NCBI GenBank assembly: GCA_040753015.1
Contig: JBFMHM010000004.1
Span: 10,853 to 74,852, forward strand
Direction: 5' to 3'
DNA: 64,000 nucleotides
Origin: Candidatus Omnitrophota bacterium
GTDB taxonomy: Bacteria; Omnitrophota; Gorgyraeia; Gygaellales; JBFMHM01
Shown here piece after piece: positions 1 through 9,948 of the stretch (position 1 is its first letter; each line of letters opens with the position of its first letter). The notes under the pieces were generated by a model, which was not told the origin of the DNA, did not search any database, and saw only the letters and a list, made by a program, of their open reading frames with translations. The position numbers and the translations under genes were made by a program.

Positions 1-279
1 TTTTCCTGTACGTTTAACCACATCCCCTTCTTTTATGTCTTTATCTGAGCCTAAAATAACAACACCAACGCTGTCTTCTTCAAGATTTAAAGCAATACCC
101 ATAATATTATTAGAAAAAACAACTAATTCTCCAACCATTACATCATCAAGACCATAGACAAGAGCAATTCCATCGCCAACTCTAATTACATTACCTACAG
201 ACTCCATTCTCAGCCTGATCTTATATTTTTCAAGCTCTTCTTTTATTATCGAACTAACTTCTTCTGGCCTTAGCGACAT
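1..279 (-). CDS. atpA: F1 ATP synthase subunit alpha, N-terminal part (runs off window)
   Basis: Manual translation from ATG at 279: [19 protein letters not shown]...[20 protein letters not shown]...[15 protein letters not shown]; immediately follows atpH. Confidence 0.95.
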   Translation of the reverse strand, partial: MSLRPEEVSSIIKEELEKYKIRLRMESVGNVIRVGDGIALVYGLDDVMVGELVVFSNNIMGIALNLEEDSVGVVILGSDKDIKEGDVVKRTGK

Positions 280-825
280 TTAATTAACCCTCACTGTCAT
301 TAATTTTTCTTTTAATTCTTGAATTCTGCGTTTTAATGAACCATCAATAACTGTATTGCCAATAACAAGCTGCACTCCACCGATTAATTCAGGATCAATA
401 CCGATAAATAATGCTACAGGTTTACCAAAGCGCTTTTCTAACTTTTGTTTTAATATTTCAAGCACATCTACATCTAAAGGAATAACTGTTTTTACCAACA
501 CGTTAAGTCTCTTAGCGCTATAATAAATAAATCTTACTTGATCGGCTATGTCAATAATACTATCAAATCGTTTTTTTTCTAATAATAATTTCAAAAAATG
601 CAATGTCTCGCGAGAAAAACCTACAGCAAAAATTCTATCAATAATATTCTCTTTCTGGTGACGTATTATTTCCGGATTTTCTAAAAACTCGAGTAAATCA
701 GAGCTTGTAGTCAAAACCTGCCTTACTCTAAACATCTCCTCTAAACCTCTGTCGTAACCTATTGTATCTTTAATTAAGCCTAAAAAACCCTGGGCATATA
801 TTTTACTTACAACTAAATCTTTCAT
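280..825 (-). CDS. atpH: F1 ATP synthase subunit delta
   Basis: C-terminal IDPELIGGVQLVIGNTVIDGSL motif; operon position. Confidence 0.93.
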   Translation of the reverse strand: MKDLVVSKIYAQGFLGLIKDTIGYDRGLEEMFRVRQVLTTSSDLLEFLENPEIIRHQKENIIDRIFAVGFSRETLHFLKLLLEKKRFDSIIDIADQVRFIYYSAKRLNVLVKTVIPLDVDVLEILKQKLEKRFGKPVALFIGIDPELIGGVQLVIGNTVIDGSLKRRIQELKEKLMTVRVN

Positions 826-833
826 CGCGTTTT

Positions 834-1331
834 TTATTTGGCTTGATCTAATCTTTCTATAAAATCGGCAACTAACTTCTTGTCATGCTCATCATCCATT
901 CTTTCTTTTATCACTTTTTCTGTTGCCTCAACCGCTAAATCAATTATTTTAATTTTTAATGTTTCCTTTGCCTTTTCTAACTCTGAAGAAAGTTGCAGTC
1001 TAGCATTTTCAATTATTTTCTCTCCTTCAATATGCGCCTGTTTTTTTATTGAATCGGCAACAATAGTACCCTCTTTAATAGCCTCTTTAATAATAGACCT
1101 CGCCTGATCGTCAATATGAAATATTTTTGCTTCATAATCAGATTTTATCTTGTTAATATCAAGTTTTGCTCTTTCTATATCTTTAAACTCATTTGCAATA
1201 TATTCTCGCCTCTGGTCTAATAACTGAAGAATTTTTTTCCAAGCAAAAATACGTAAGATAAAAAATAAAATAAGGAAACTAATAATTTGAGCGACAATCT
1301 CGCTTGCGCTTAATAGCTTTAAAAATTCCAT
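834..1331 (-). CDS. atpF: F0 ATP synthase subunit b
   Basis: N-terminal TM (QIISFLILFFILRIFAWKK) followed by charged coiled coil; position. Confidence 0.92.
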   Translation of the reverse strand: MEFLKLLSASEIVAQIISFLILFFILRIFAWKKILQLLDQRREYIANEFKDIERAKLDINKIKSDYEAKIFHIDDQARSIIKEAIKEGTIVADSIKKQAHIEGEKIIENARLQLSSELEKAKETLKIKIIDLAVEATEKVIKERMDDEHDKKLVADFIERLDQAK

Positions 1332-1340
1332 AAGTTGTTT

Positions 1341-1571
1341 TTAAATCTTGCCCGCAAGAACAAATGCAAAAACAAGCGCATAAATTGTAAGCGCTTCAAT
1401 AAATGCACAGCCAGCTGCCATAGTAATTAAAATTTTATTTGCTGCTTCTGGCTGGCGGCCTGTTGCCTCCATTGCCGAACTAACCACCTTACCTAAACTT
1501 AGCGCACAACCAAAAGCTGCCAAAGCCACGCTTAAAGGTAATGCCACCGCTAATACCGAATGGTAATCCAT
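1341..1571 (-). CDS. atpE: F0 ATP synthase subunit c
   Basis: 76 aa hairpin, RQPE loop, carboxylate in FIEALTIY (no ES/T Na+ motif, so likely H+-type). Confidence 0.95.
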   Translation of the reverse strand: MDYHSVLAVALPLSVALAAFGCALSLGKVVSSAMEATGRQPEAANKILITMAAGCAFIEALTIYALVFAFVLAGKI

Positions 1572-1574
1572 TTT

Positions 1575-2333
1575 TTACTCCTCCTTTTCCTCGTGTTTTA
1601 ACACGAATGCAAAATAAATTGTACTTAACAATGAAAAAACTATTGCTTGAACTACTGCGCCAAAAATTATAATAAGACTAGTAAACACAATTAATGGTAT
1701 TCCTTTTATTCCAAAACTAGCCAATACAGAAAGAAGCATATCATCGCCCCAAATATTACTTCTAAGACGAAGAGAAAGTGTGATAGGTTTAATTAATTCT
1801 GACACCGTATGTAAGATAAACATTAAAACTGGAAATATAATAGATGCGCCTAAAAATCCTTTTGGATCGCCAGCCATATGCTTAAAATACCCAACAAACC
1901 CTGCTTCTTTAAAAGCGGTGTATTGGACATAAACAAAAACACATAATGCTAAACTAAGAGTAACAGATAAATTAGAAGTTGCCGATTTCATAAAAGGAAT
2001 TAATCCAAATAAATTCATGAAAAGAATATATATAAAAATAGTGCCGATAAAGGGTGTAAATTTTCTGCCTCTTGGTCCGAGTATACTACAAATAAAATCG
2101 TCTATACCTCCGATAACTACTTCAAAAATATTTTGCATGCGGCTTCGAGGAGTTAACGCCATCTTTCTTGTAGCGATTAATGATAATAGAATAAGGATTA
2201 AAGCAACAATCAAAGAAAAGATTATATTTTCCCAATGATACAAAAAACTGGCAAAAACTGTGCCTTTAAATCTATTAGCAAGAAATGATACTATATTTAT
2301 AATTTCTATTTGGCCTGTATTTTCTTGAATCAT
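1575..2333 (-). CDS. atpB: F0 ATP synthase subunit a
   Basis: NLFGLIPF, ATSNLSVT, KPITLSLRL.SN and QAIVFSLLS motifs. Confidence 0.95.
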   Translation of the reverse strand: MIQENTGQIEIINIVSFLANRFKGTVFASFLYHWENIIFSLIVALILILLSLIATRKMALTPRSRMQNIFEVVIGGIDDFICSILGPRGRKFTPFIGTIFIYILFMNLFGLIPFMKSATSNLSVTLSLALCVFVYVQYTAFKEAGFVGYFKHMAGDPKGFLGASIIFPVLMFILHTVSELIKPITLSLRLRSNIWGDDMLLSVLASFGIKGIPLIVFTSLIIIFGAVVQAIVFSLLSTIYFAFVLKHEEKEE

Positions 2334-2350
2334 AACACTATTTTACTCCA

Positions 2351-3562
2351 TTATAGATAAACAATATCTTCATTGTGATATAAGGCAAGAAAAAGAAGAA
2401 TATAATCCCTTAGGTGCCTTGTTATTAAAAAATTATTTTTAATATTCTCTCTACCATTCTCACCTAATTTTTTAGCATAAGCAGGAGAATTTAATAATTG
2501 TTTTAAAGCAAAAGCAGCCCCCTGAATCGAATAACACAAAAGTCCCGAATATTTATGTTTTATCTGCAGAGGAATACCCCCTACATTAGAGGCAACTACT
2601 GGTTTTGCTTTCCAAAGGGCTTCAGCTACAGTTAAACCAAAACCCTCGCGTAATGACTTTTGAATAATTACTGTTGATGCACGTTGAAGAGCATTAACTT
2701 CAATATCATTATGCGCAATCAGCAAGATATGAATATCTTTATTACTCTGCGCCTTATCTAAAACTTCCTGATATACAACCTGGCTCTCAGGATCATCGCT
2801 TGCCGTACCTCCTGCCAAAACTAAACGGCAGTCTATATATTTCTTAACTTCTTTAAATGCTTCAATGACACCAAGCGGGTCCTTTAAACGGTCAAAGCGA
2901 GAAATCTGAGTAATAATTGGCTTATCTTTTGGTATGCTATATTTTCTTAGTACAGAATCTATGATATCCTGTGGCAACTCTTTGTTTTTGTCGCTTAGAG
3001 GATCAATCGATGGCGAAATCAAAAACTGCCTTATAGCCAATCTTCTTGAGAACAACGGAGCAGAAAATACAGCCGCATCATATTTTATAATATAATCTAC
3101 AAGAAAATCCCAGATTTTTTGGTTTGGGTTAGATGCATCAATATGGCACCGCCAAACCCATTTGTTATCTTTCTTTTTTTCAACTAACGCTATCGGCTGA
3201 GGATCATGAATAAAAACAATATCTCCATATATATTTACATCTCTTATATTCTCTTTACTCGTTTCTAAAAAAATATCGAGATCTTGCTGTGTTATAATTT
3301 CTTTTCTCCCATGCAGTGCATTATGAATTTTTTTTGTTACTTCAAAAAAATTCTCGCCGCCTTTTATTAAATCCCACCTGGCATCAACGCCTAAACTTTT
3401 AATTAAAGAAGCCATCCTGGTTAAAATTTCAGCTACCCCGCCTCCAACCGCTGTTGAATTAATGTGCTGAACAACCTTACCTTTTAATCTATCGGCGATA
3501 AGCCTCAAATCATCTATTACAGATTCTCCAACAATTGGGATATAATTTTCTATTTTTATCAT
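2351..3562 (-). CDS. treT: GT4 glycosyltransferase, trehalose synthase TreT family
   Basis: NSTAVGGGVAEIL, HDPQP, WRCHID, SRFDRLKD and EGFGLTVAEALWK motifs. Confidence 0.88.
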   Translation of the reverse strand: MIKIENYIPIVGESVIDDLRLIADRLKGKVVQHINSTAVGGGVAEILTRMASLIKSLGVDARWDLIKGGENFFEVTKKIHNALHGRKEIITQQDLDIFLETSKENIRDVNIYGDIVFIHDPQPIALVEKKKDNKWVWRCHIDASNPNQKIWDFLVDYIIKYDAAVFSAPLFSRRLAIRQFLISPSIDPLSDKNKELPQDIIDSVLRKYSIPKDKPIITQISRFDRLKDPLGVIEAFKEVKKYIDCRLVLAGGTASDDPESQVVYQEVLDKAQSNKDIHILLIAHNDIEVNALQRASTVIIQKSLREGFGLTVAEALWKAKPVVASNVGGIPLQIKHKYSGLLCYSIQGAAFALKQLLNSPAYAKKLGENGRENIKNNFLITRHLRDYILLFLALYHNEDIVYL

Positions 3563-3563
3563 T

Positions 3564-4223
3564 TCAACTTACAACTTCACTCTCGATTATATTTATAAGA
3601 TTATTTCTTAGATCTTCTAGTGTTTGAGTATAAGGATCGATATTTGATATTCGGCCAGCAAGTTTTTTATTATTCAAAGATGTCTCTATCCAATATGAAA
3701 AATCATTAGTTTGTTTTTCAAGCCTAAGCCGCGATTCAAAAATATGAAAATATATAGAATCAATTGTGACTTTCTTCAATATTGCAATGAATTCATCTAA
3801 GCTAGATACTGTATAATTAGTTGGGATTACAAAACTAATTGTTTTAATAAAATAAAATTCCTGGTCTTGCTTTGCAAATTTTAATTTTGAAAGCGGGTTT
3901 TCTTTTATGTAATCTTCTATCGTTAAAGCAACCTGATCTCTTAAACTACGTATATTTGAAAACATAATGGTATCAATACTAGCAAGCCTTTCACCTAACT
4001 CTTTCTCTTGTAAAATCTCATTCACCCAATAAGCAAAATCGTTAGGAGGTTCGGGGCTAAGATAAATATGTTGCTGCAGGAAGCGATGGGTATGATGGTA
4101 AATAGAAGCGCCTGGCACTTCTTTAATAAGCTCTAAGAGCTGTGGTAAATTAGATGCCTTCAAACCCGTTAATTCTGAAAGATGAAGCCTAGTATAAAAT
4201 CTAAATGGCTCTTTTGAAATCAT
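3564..4223 (-). CDS. DUF5752 / OrfY-like protein (TreT-associated)
   Basis: Internal duplication (SIYHH..NDFAYWV / SIYFH..NDFSYWI); adjacent to treT. Confidence 0.8.
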   Translation of the reverse strand: MISKEPFRFYTRLHLSELTGLKASNLPQLLELIKEVPGASIYHHTHRFLQQHIYLSPEPPNDFAYWVNEILQEKELGERLASIDTIMFSNIRSLRDQVALTIEDYIKENPLSKLKFAKQDQEFYFIKTISFVIPTNYTVSSLDEFIAILKKVTIDSIYFHIFESRLRLEKQTNDFSYWIETSLNNKKLAGRISNIDPYTQTLEDLRNNLINIIESEVVS

Positions 4224-4227
4224 AAAA

Positions 4228-5016
4228 TTATACCTCTATTAAGCTACGAAGCAGCTCAATAACCTCTGCAGGATTTCTTAAATAGTACTTTGCTGAAGAT
4301 TGTTTAGGACTGCCTACAAAGATTGTAAATTCTTTATCTTTCAATGCTTCAAAAGCGTATTCATCAGTGATATCATCACCTATATAAAATGGCTCTATCT
4401 GTTTATCATCTATTATAAAACGAAACCTAGCAAGCAGCCATAAAACAATTTTACCTTTATCCCATATGCTCTTAGGTCTTATATCAATAACCTCTTTGCC
4501 ATAAAGAACCTCAATTTTATCATGCAACAAATACTCGTGGCTAATTTTATCAAATTCACTTTTTATATAATCTATGTCTTTTCTATCACACATGCGGTAA
4601 TGCACTGCAAAGGATAAATTTTTATCCTCGATTAATATACCTCTGACATTGGAAAACTTATCTGTAATTTTATCTCTCATATCTTCAATAACTCTTTTTA
4701 TTTCAATAGCAATCCTGCTTTCAAACTTAATTTTCGGACCTTCCATCTCAAGACCATGATTGCCTACATATATAATATCTTTAATACCTATTTTTTCTTT
4801 TAAATCATTAATAGCCCTGCCGCTTATTATACATAATTTATGATTTGGTTTATTTACGATTTTATGAAGAATTGATTTTACCTCTAAAGAAAGCTTAGCC
4901 ATATCAGGCCTATCAGCTATCGGTGTAAGCGTTCCATCAAAATCTAAAAATAAAACAATAAATCTATTTTTTAGCTCCTCTTTTAGCTTATCCCAACTAT
5001 TTAATAAATATTGCAT
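4228..5016 (-). CDS. otsB: Trehalose-6-phosphate phosphatase (HAD)
   Basis: LDFDGTL, SGR, GNHGLE, WDKG and GDDITDE motifs. Confidence 0.93.
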   Translation of the reverse strand: MQYLLNSWDKLKEELKNRFIVLFLDFDGTLTPIADRPDMAKLSLEVKSILHKIVNKPNHKLCIISGRAINDLKEKIGIKDIIYVGNHGLEMEGPKIKFESRIAIEIKRVIEDMRDKITDKFSNVRGILIEDKNLSFAVHYRMCDRKDIDYIKSEFDKISHEYLLHDKIEVLYGKEVIDIRPKSIWDKGKIVLWLLARFRFIIDDKQIEPFYIGDDITDEYAFEALKDKEFTIFVGSPKQSSAKYYLRNPAEVIELLRSLIEV

Positions 5017-7248
5017 CTATATCTTTTTTAAAGCCGCCAACTCTGTTATTATATTTGCCGCCCAACGAAAAATATTGTTTTCCGAAATTATTTTATACAT
5101 ATTCTCCATACGCTTTATTTTTTCATCTTGCGGCATATCAACCGCGTATTTTATACTATCAGCAAAATCTTCGATCGAATAAGGATTGATTAATATGGCA
5201 TCTGTTAATTCTTTTGCTGCACCGGTAAAACGGCTCAAAATTAAACTTGCCGAAGAACCATGTTTCGACGCAATGAACTCCTTCGCTACTAAATTCATGC
5301 CATCGTGCAAAGAACTAACGATACAAATATCTGAAATTTTGTAAAATGGCTCTATCTCGTCTTGAGAAAAATGCTTTTTAAGATATATAATTGGCTTCCA
5401 ATTGCTATCAGCATACTTCCAATTTTTTTTCTCAATTAGTTCATCGATTTCACCTATTAAATCATGATATCGTTTTATATGAGTACGGCTAGGCGCAGCA
5501 AGCTGAATAAAAACAAATTTATTTTTGTATTCAGGGTATTTTTCTAAGAATCTATCAATAGCCAGGATTCTTTCAATGATACCCTTTGTATAATCAATTC
5601 TATCAACGCCTAAAGCAACAATTTTATCCTTTAAATCAAATTCACTTACCAATCTCTTTATATCTTTTGATTCGACGTTAGCCTTTGGACTGGCATAGCT
5701 GTTTACGCTTATAGGAAATGCCCTAATAAACGTTTCTCTGCCTGATCGAACAATACTAAATTTTTCTGTATCAACCCTAGATTCAAGAAGCCTGTTTGCT
5801 GTATCAAGAAAATTATTACAATGATATTGAATATGGAAACCAATCAAATCACAACCAAGCATTCCGTCTAAAATTTCTGCCTGGTAAGGACAAATTGAAA
5901 AATCTTCGGGGTTTGGCCAAGGGATATGCCAAAATAAAGCAACAATCGCATCTGGGCGTTTCTCTTTAATTAATCGCGGAAGAATAGTAAAATGATAATC
6001 TTGAATAAAAACAAAAGGATTCTTTGCGGGGAGTTCTTCTAATATGCTTTCAGCAAATTTTTTATTTACATTTTTATATGCGGTCCAATCCGATTCCCTA
6101 AATATAGGCCTCGTATGCGTTATATGGCAAAGCGGCCAAAGCCCCTCGTTAGAGAAACCATAATAATAACCTTCCTCTTCTTCTTTAGAAAGCCAGATTC
6201 TTTTTAGAATGTATCTATTATCACCGGGAGGAACACCTAACTTATCTTTAGAATTAACAAATTTCTTGTCAGCATTACCGCTACCATGCGCTATCCAGGT
6301 CCCCCCGCAGGCACAGAGAATAGGATGAATTGCTGTAACCACACCGCTTGCGGGCCTAACACATCTTACCTCCCCAGTAATATCATTTGTAACATGCATA
6401 TAGGGCTCTCTATTAGACACTACGAATAAAGTATTCTCTCCCAACTTAGCCCTTACCAGATCTTTTAATTTATTTTCTGTCCATATATCTTCTTTTATAA
6501 TACGTTTTTGAGCTTCTTCTGAAACGCTCTTACGCGCTACTCTTAGACTCAAGGCCAATTGCTCTACTTCACTGGCAAGCTTACCTAATTCTCCTTTTTC
6601 TTTAATTGGATGGCTCTCGTCTATCTCGCCTCTCTGAAAATGCTTAAACCACTCCGTAAGGCGCTGAACAGGTAAAGTAAAAATTTGTTTATGTAAAAAA
6701 ATTGCTATAATACAAATTGATACAACAAGTGTTATTAATGTAAAATTGATCCTTTTCCAAAGCTGCGTTAACCTTGTAAAAACATAAGAAGTATCATAAA
6801 TCACCTCAACAAAACCTAAAAGGTTATTCCCATCATCAAAGATTGGCAAGATGTAACTATAAACACTTGATTGCCTGAATTTCTCTATTTCGCCTCTTGC
6901 CTGTTTATTTAACAATAGCTCTTTAAAATATGGTTTTTCTTTTTCCTTCCAATCATTAAATCTTTTCGTAATAACAAGAATGTTTCCTTCTTTATCATAA
7001 ATAACACAGCCCTGTAGCCTTTCTCTAGTCTCAAATTTTTCTACAAGATAGTTAGCGCTCCTTACATCATTTGTAAGTAATACATTTTTTACTGACAGCT
7101 CCATACTTTCGGCAATATGGCGTGTTTTACGCTTTAAGTCATCAATAAGCTTTTCTTCTTCAAAGCGTACTTGAAACATACCAAAAATAGTAAACGCAAG
7201 CGTTACAATTATTAAAATTGGTAAAATAAATAAAAAAATTCTTTTCAT
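5017..7248 (-). CDS. otsA: Trehalose-6-phosphate synthase (GT20) with N-terminal TM-extracytoplasmic-TM-HAMP-like extension
   Basis: VVSNREP, LWPLCH, QDYH, HIPWP, VDRIDYTKGI and DGMNLVAKEF motifs; extra ~260 aa with two hydrophobic helices and PVQRL...ELGKLA HAMP pattern. Confidence 0.9.
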   Translation of the reverse strand: MKRIFLFILPILIIVTLAFTIFGMFQVRFEEEKLIDDLKRKTRHIAESMELSVKNVLLTNDVRSANYLVEKFETRERLQGCVIYDKEGNILVITKRFNDWKEKEKPYFKELLLNKQARGEIEKFRQSSVYSYILPIFDDGNNLLGFVEVIYDTSYVFTRLTQLWKRINFTLITLVVSICIIAIFLHKQIFTLPVQRLTEWFKHFQRGEIDESHPIKEKGELGKLASEVEQLALSLRVARKSVSEEAQKRIIKEDIWTENKLKDLVRAKLGENTLFVVSNREPYMHVTNDITGEVRCVRPASGVVTAIHPILCACGGTWIAHGSGNADKKFVNSKDKLGVPPGDNRYILKRIWLSKEEEEGYYYGFSNEGLWPLCHITHTRPIFRESDWTAYKNVNKKFAESILEELPAKNPFVFIQDYHFTILPRLIKEKRPDAIVALFWHIPWPNPEDFSICPYQAEILDGMLGCDLIGFHIQYHCNNFLDTANRLLESRVDTEKFSIVRSGRETFIRAFPISVNSYASPKANVESKDIKRLVSEFDLKDKIVALGVDRIDYTKGIIERILAIDRFLEKYPEYKNKFVFIQLAAPSRTHIKRYHDLIGEIDELIEKKNWKYADSNWKPIIYLKKHFSQDEIEPFYKISDICIVSSLHDGMNLVAKEFIASKHGSSASLILSRFTGAAKELTDAILINPYSIEDFADSIKYAVDMPQDEKIKRMENMYKIISENNIFRWAANIITELAALKKI

Positions 7249-7346
7249 ATCTTTATTATATAATTTAATGATGAAATTACAATCATTTTTGATATAATAA
7301 ATTAATGTTTATTCTTTAAAATTTAATAATAAATATTTATAATATT

Positions 7347-7898
7347 ATGAAATCACTATTAAATAATGAACAAAAAAATAAACTGCTTAAAATTGCCCGG
7401 GATACTATTACAGAATATGTCAAAAACAAAAAAATCCTTGAAATAAAAGAAACCGACCCCCTACTTAATCAAAAACTGGGCGCCTTTGTAAGTTTACATA
7501 TAAATAAAGAACTTCGTGGCTGCATAGGAAATATCGTCGGCCAAAAACCATTATGCTTAACAATAAGAGATATGGCGATTGCATCTGCAACCGAAGACCC
7601 GCGGTTTAGGCCCTTAACTAAAGAAGAACTCCCTTTAATTCATATAGAAATATCTGTGCTTTCAGCTCTTAAAAAAATAATAGATCCTAATGAAATAACA
7701 TTGGGTAAACACGGAGTTATTGTAAAAAAAGGTATAAAAAGCGGAGTTTTTTTACCGCAAGTTGCAACTGAAACTTGTTGGACAAAAGAAGAATTTATGA
7801 ATAATCTCTGCATTCATAAAGCAGGGCTTTCAAAAAATGCATGGAGAAATGGTGAATGTGAAATTTATATCTTCAGCGCCGATGTATTTGAAGAATAG
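7347..7898 (+). CDS. amrA: AmmeMemoRadiSam system protein A (AMMECR1 family)
   Basis: GAFVSL, LRGCIG, DPRF, EISVLS and FLPQVA motifs. Confidence 0.92.
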   Translation: MKSLLNNEQKNKLLKIARDTITEYVKNKKILEIKETDPLLNQKLGAFVSLHINKELRGCIGNIVGQKPLCLTIRDMAIASATEDPRFRPLTKEELPLIHIEISVLSALKKIIDPNEITLGKHGVIVKKGIKSGVFLPQVATETCWTKEEFMNNLCIHKAGLSKNAWRNGECEIYIFSADVFEE

Positions 7899-7906
7899 CC
7901 AACTTA

Positions 7907-9286
7907 TTATTCAGTTATATCTATAATCTGCCACATATACCAGTCTTGCGGAATTCTTGTTAAGTAGGATTGGCTGGTTGTTAAAATCTTATCAGGATAG
8001 CCTAAGACCTTTAGCGGGATCTTAACTACAATTTGAAAAAGGTGTCTTTCTACAATAATATTTTTCGAAGAAATTTTATGGTGTTGGTCATATACACCAT
8101 ACTTTGCCGGGCCAATTCTTACTTGCAATTTAGGCATTGCCTCAAACGGCCGGCTAAAACTATAACCAAATGTACGTAAACAAATTTCTGCGCCTCTGGC
8201 AAGCGGCCGAGAAAATTTAAAAGTAAATTCAATATTATCATCTTTTAGGCGAATATATTTTTCTTGAATGCCTACAAAACCCGCCCTTTGTTTACTCGCT
8301 AAAATTGAACGCTTATTGATGAAATCACGATTTTCTGACTCTTTATAAATCAATATGCCGTCATTTGGTTTCAAAACAATCTCGGCAAAATCCCCAAATA
8401 ATTCATTAACCCTAGCGAATGCATTTAGAAATTTTGCATCTAATTTCATTTGTGACTTATTAGCTTTAAGTGCGCGGTATTTTTTTGAAATTTTTGCATC
8501 ATCTAGACGATAAATTCTCCAGCTAATTAAATCTTTAAAAAAATAAGGCGGTGATAAAGTTTTCTTCGGATGATACCCTAAAGGTTTAGGCCAATCTTTA
8601 AAATGCACTAAATAAGGATAGACTTTTGGGTTAATTTCTTTTTTTAAATTCCAAAGAGCAACTCGTGTGAATAAATAAAGCGCTCGATGGTCAACATTAT
8701 GATCTGCTGAATGCGAAACAAAAATTTTCGTCGGCTTAAAATCGCGAATAATTGCCTCAAGATCCTTTAAAATCTCTTCTCCTTTATAAGGCGCTCCATA
8801 CCTAAATGCATTTTTATAAGGAACGGCTTTTGAATTTGTAAGCATACCTCTCGCTGGCGGCCTAGAAGCCCAGTGTGAATTCCAAATATTTAAAGTTTTA
8901 AAATCAGGATAACCTAAAAAAATTAAATTTTCTTTCTCTAACCCTAAAACACTATCAGCATTAACTGCTTCATCATAACGCACTAATGCCATATTCCTTA
9001 CGGCTTGAGGGATTATCACAGGATGCATTTTATAAGCCATAAAAGACCACTCGTTATTATCTCCATAAGTAAAAAACACGACTTTTAAAGGCAGATTATT
9101 TAAAGCTGCATTTTGAATTACCCCTGCGCAACCTAAAACTTCGTCGTCAGGATGCGGCGCAAGTATCAATATGCGATCTTCTTTTTCAAATTCAACATTG
9201 GGTAATTCTAGTGGATTTATAATAGGGGTTGTTGCGCAAGCGCTTAAAAATAAACATAATAAAGAAAATAGTATTATTTTTTTCAT
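7907..9286 (-). CDS. PIG-L/LmbE family deacetylase, lipoprotein
   Basis: Lipobox LSAC; APHPDDE and HNVDH motifs. Confidence 0.85.
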   Translation of the reverse strand: MKKIILFSLLCLFLSACATTPIINPLELPNVEFEKEDRILILAPHPDDEVLGCAGVIQNAALNNLPLKVVFFTYGDNNEWSFMAYKMHPVIIPQAVRNMALVRYDEAVNADSVLGLEKENLIFLGYPDFKTLNIWNSHWASRPPARGMLTNSKAVPYKNAFRYGAPYKGEEILKDLEAIIRDFKPTKIFVSHSADHNVDHRALYLFTRVALWNLKKEINPKVYPYLVHFKDWPKPLGYHPKKTLSPPYFFKDLISWRIYRLDDAKISKKYRALKANKSQMKLDAKFLNAFARVNELFGDFAEIVLKPNDGILIYKESENRDFINKRSILASKQRAGFVGIQEKYIRLKDDNIEFTFKFSRPLARGAEICLRTFGYSFSRPFEAMPKLQVRIGPAKYGVYDQHHKISSKNIIVERHLFQIVVKIPLKVLGYPDKILTTSQSYLTRIPQDWYMWQIIDITE

Positions 9287-9948
9287 AATATTTGTTTTCC
9301 GTAAGTAATTGTATAGTATAAACCATTTTTATTCGATAATACTAATGAATGTTTAGCCAATATTCTAAACCCTAAATGCTCAAAAAAATTACATCCGAAG
9401 GTATTATCTTCTCTAACAGAAGCATAAACACCTTTTATACCTTTAGCCCTCAATTGATCTATAAATTTATCGACTAACCCTCTTCCAATATTCTGGCCAC
9501 GATAACCATTTTTTAAATTAATATGTAGATGCGCCGGATAATCTTTTTGTGAAAATAAATAATTATCCTCACTCATAGTAAAAACTCTTTTTGAAAAAGT
9601 CATAATAATTGCTTTTAATAATTTCCAAGTTTTAATATCTAGGAACACGCCCCTAAAAAACGCAATAAAAATTACATACGGCAATATATTTGTAATCATA
9701 ATCCAGGTATAATGCTTATCATTTATGCAGCCGGTCAAATAACCAATTACTTCGCCATTATATTCTGCCACCCATAAAAATTCCTTATTATAATCTGTAT
9801 AATATTTTGTAATTAAATCTGCGGCAATATATCTATCGCTAAAAAAATTTTCTAAGGGTTCTCCTTTATCTGCTGTATCACAAGCAATTTGCCTTACAGA
9901 TAAACGATCCCGCCTCTCATATTTTCTGATTATAATCGGAAACTCCAT
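9283..9948 (-). CDS. GNAT family N-acetyltransferase
   Basis: PAHLHINL, YRGQNIGR acetyl-CoA motif, FFEHLGF. Confidence 0.85.
   Translation of the reverse strand: MEFPIIIRKYERRDRLSVRQIACDTADKGEPLENFFSDRYIAADLITKYYTDYNKEFLWVAEYNGEVIGYLTGCINDKHYTWIMITNILPYVIFIAFFRGVFLDIKTWKLLKAIIMTFSKRVFTMSEDNYLFSQKDYPAHLHINLKNGYRGQNIGRGLVDKFIDQLRAKGIKGVYASVREDNTFGCNFFEHLGFRILAKHSLVLSNKNGLYYTITYGKQIL

Noticed and set aside
1341-1571. Na+-translocating N-ATPase
   Set aside because: Gene order is the standard B-E-F-H-A with a delta subunit, and subunit c lacks the Na+-binding signature
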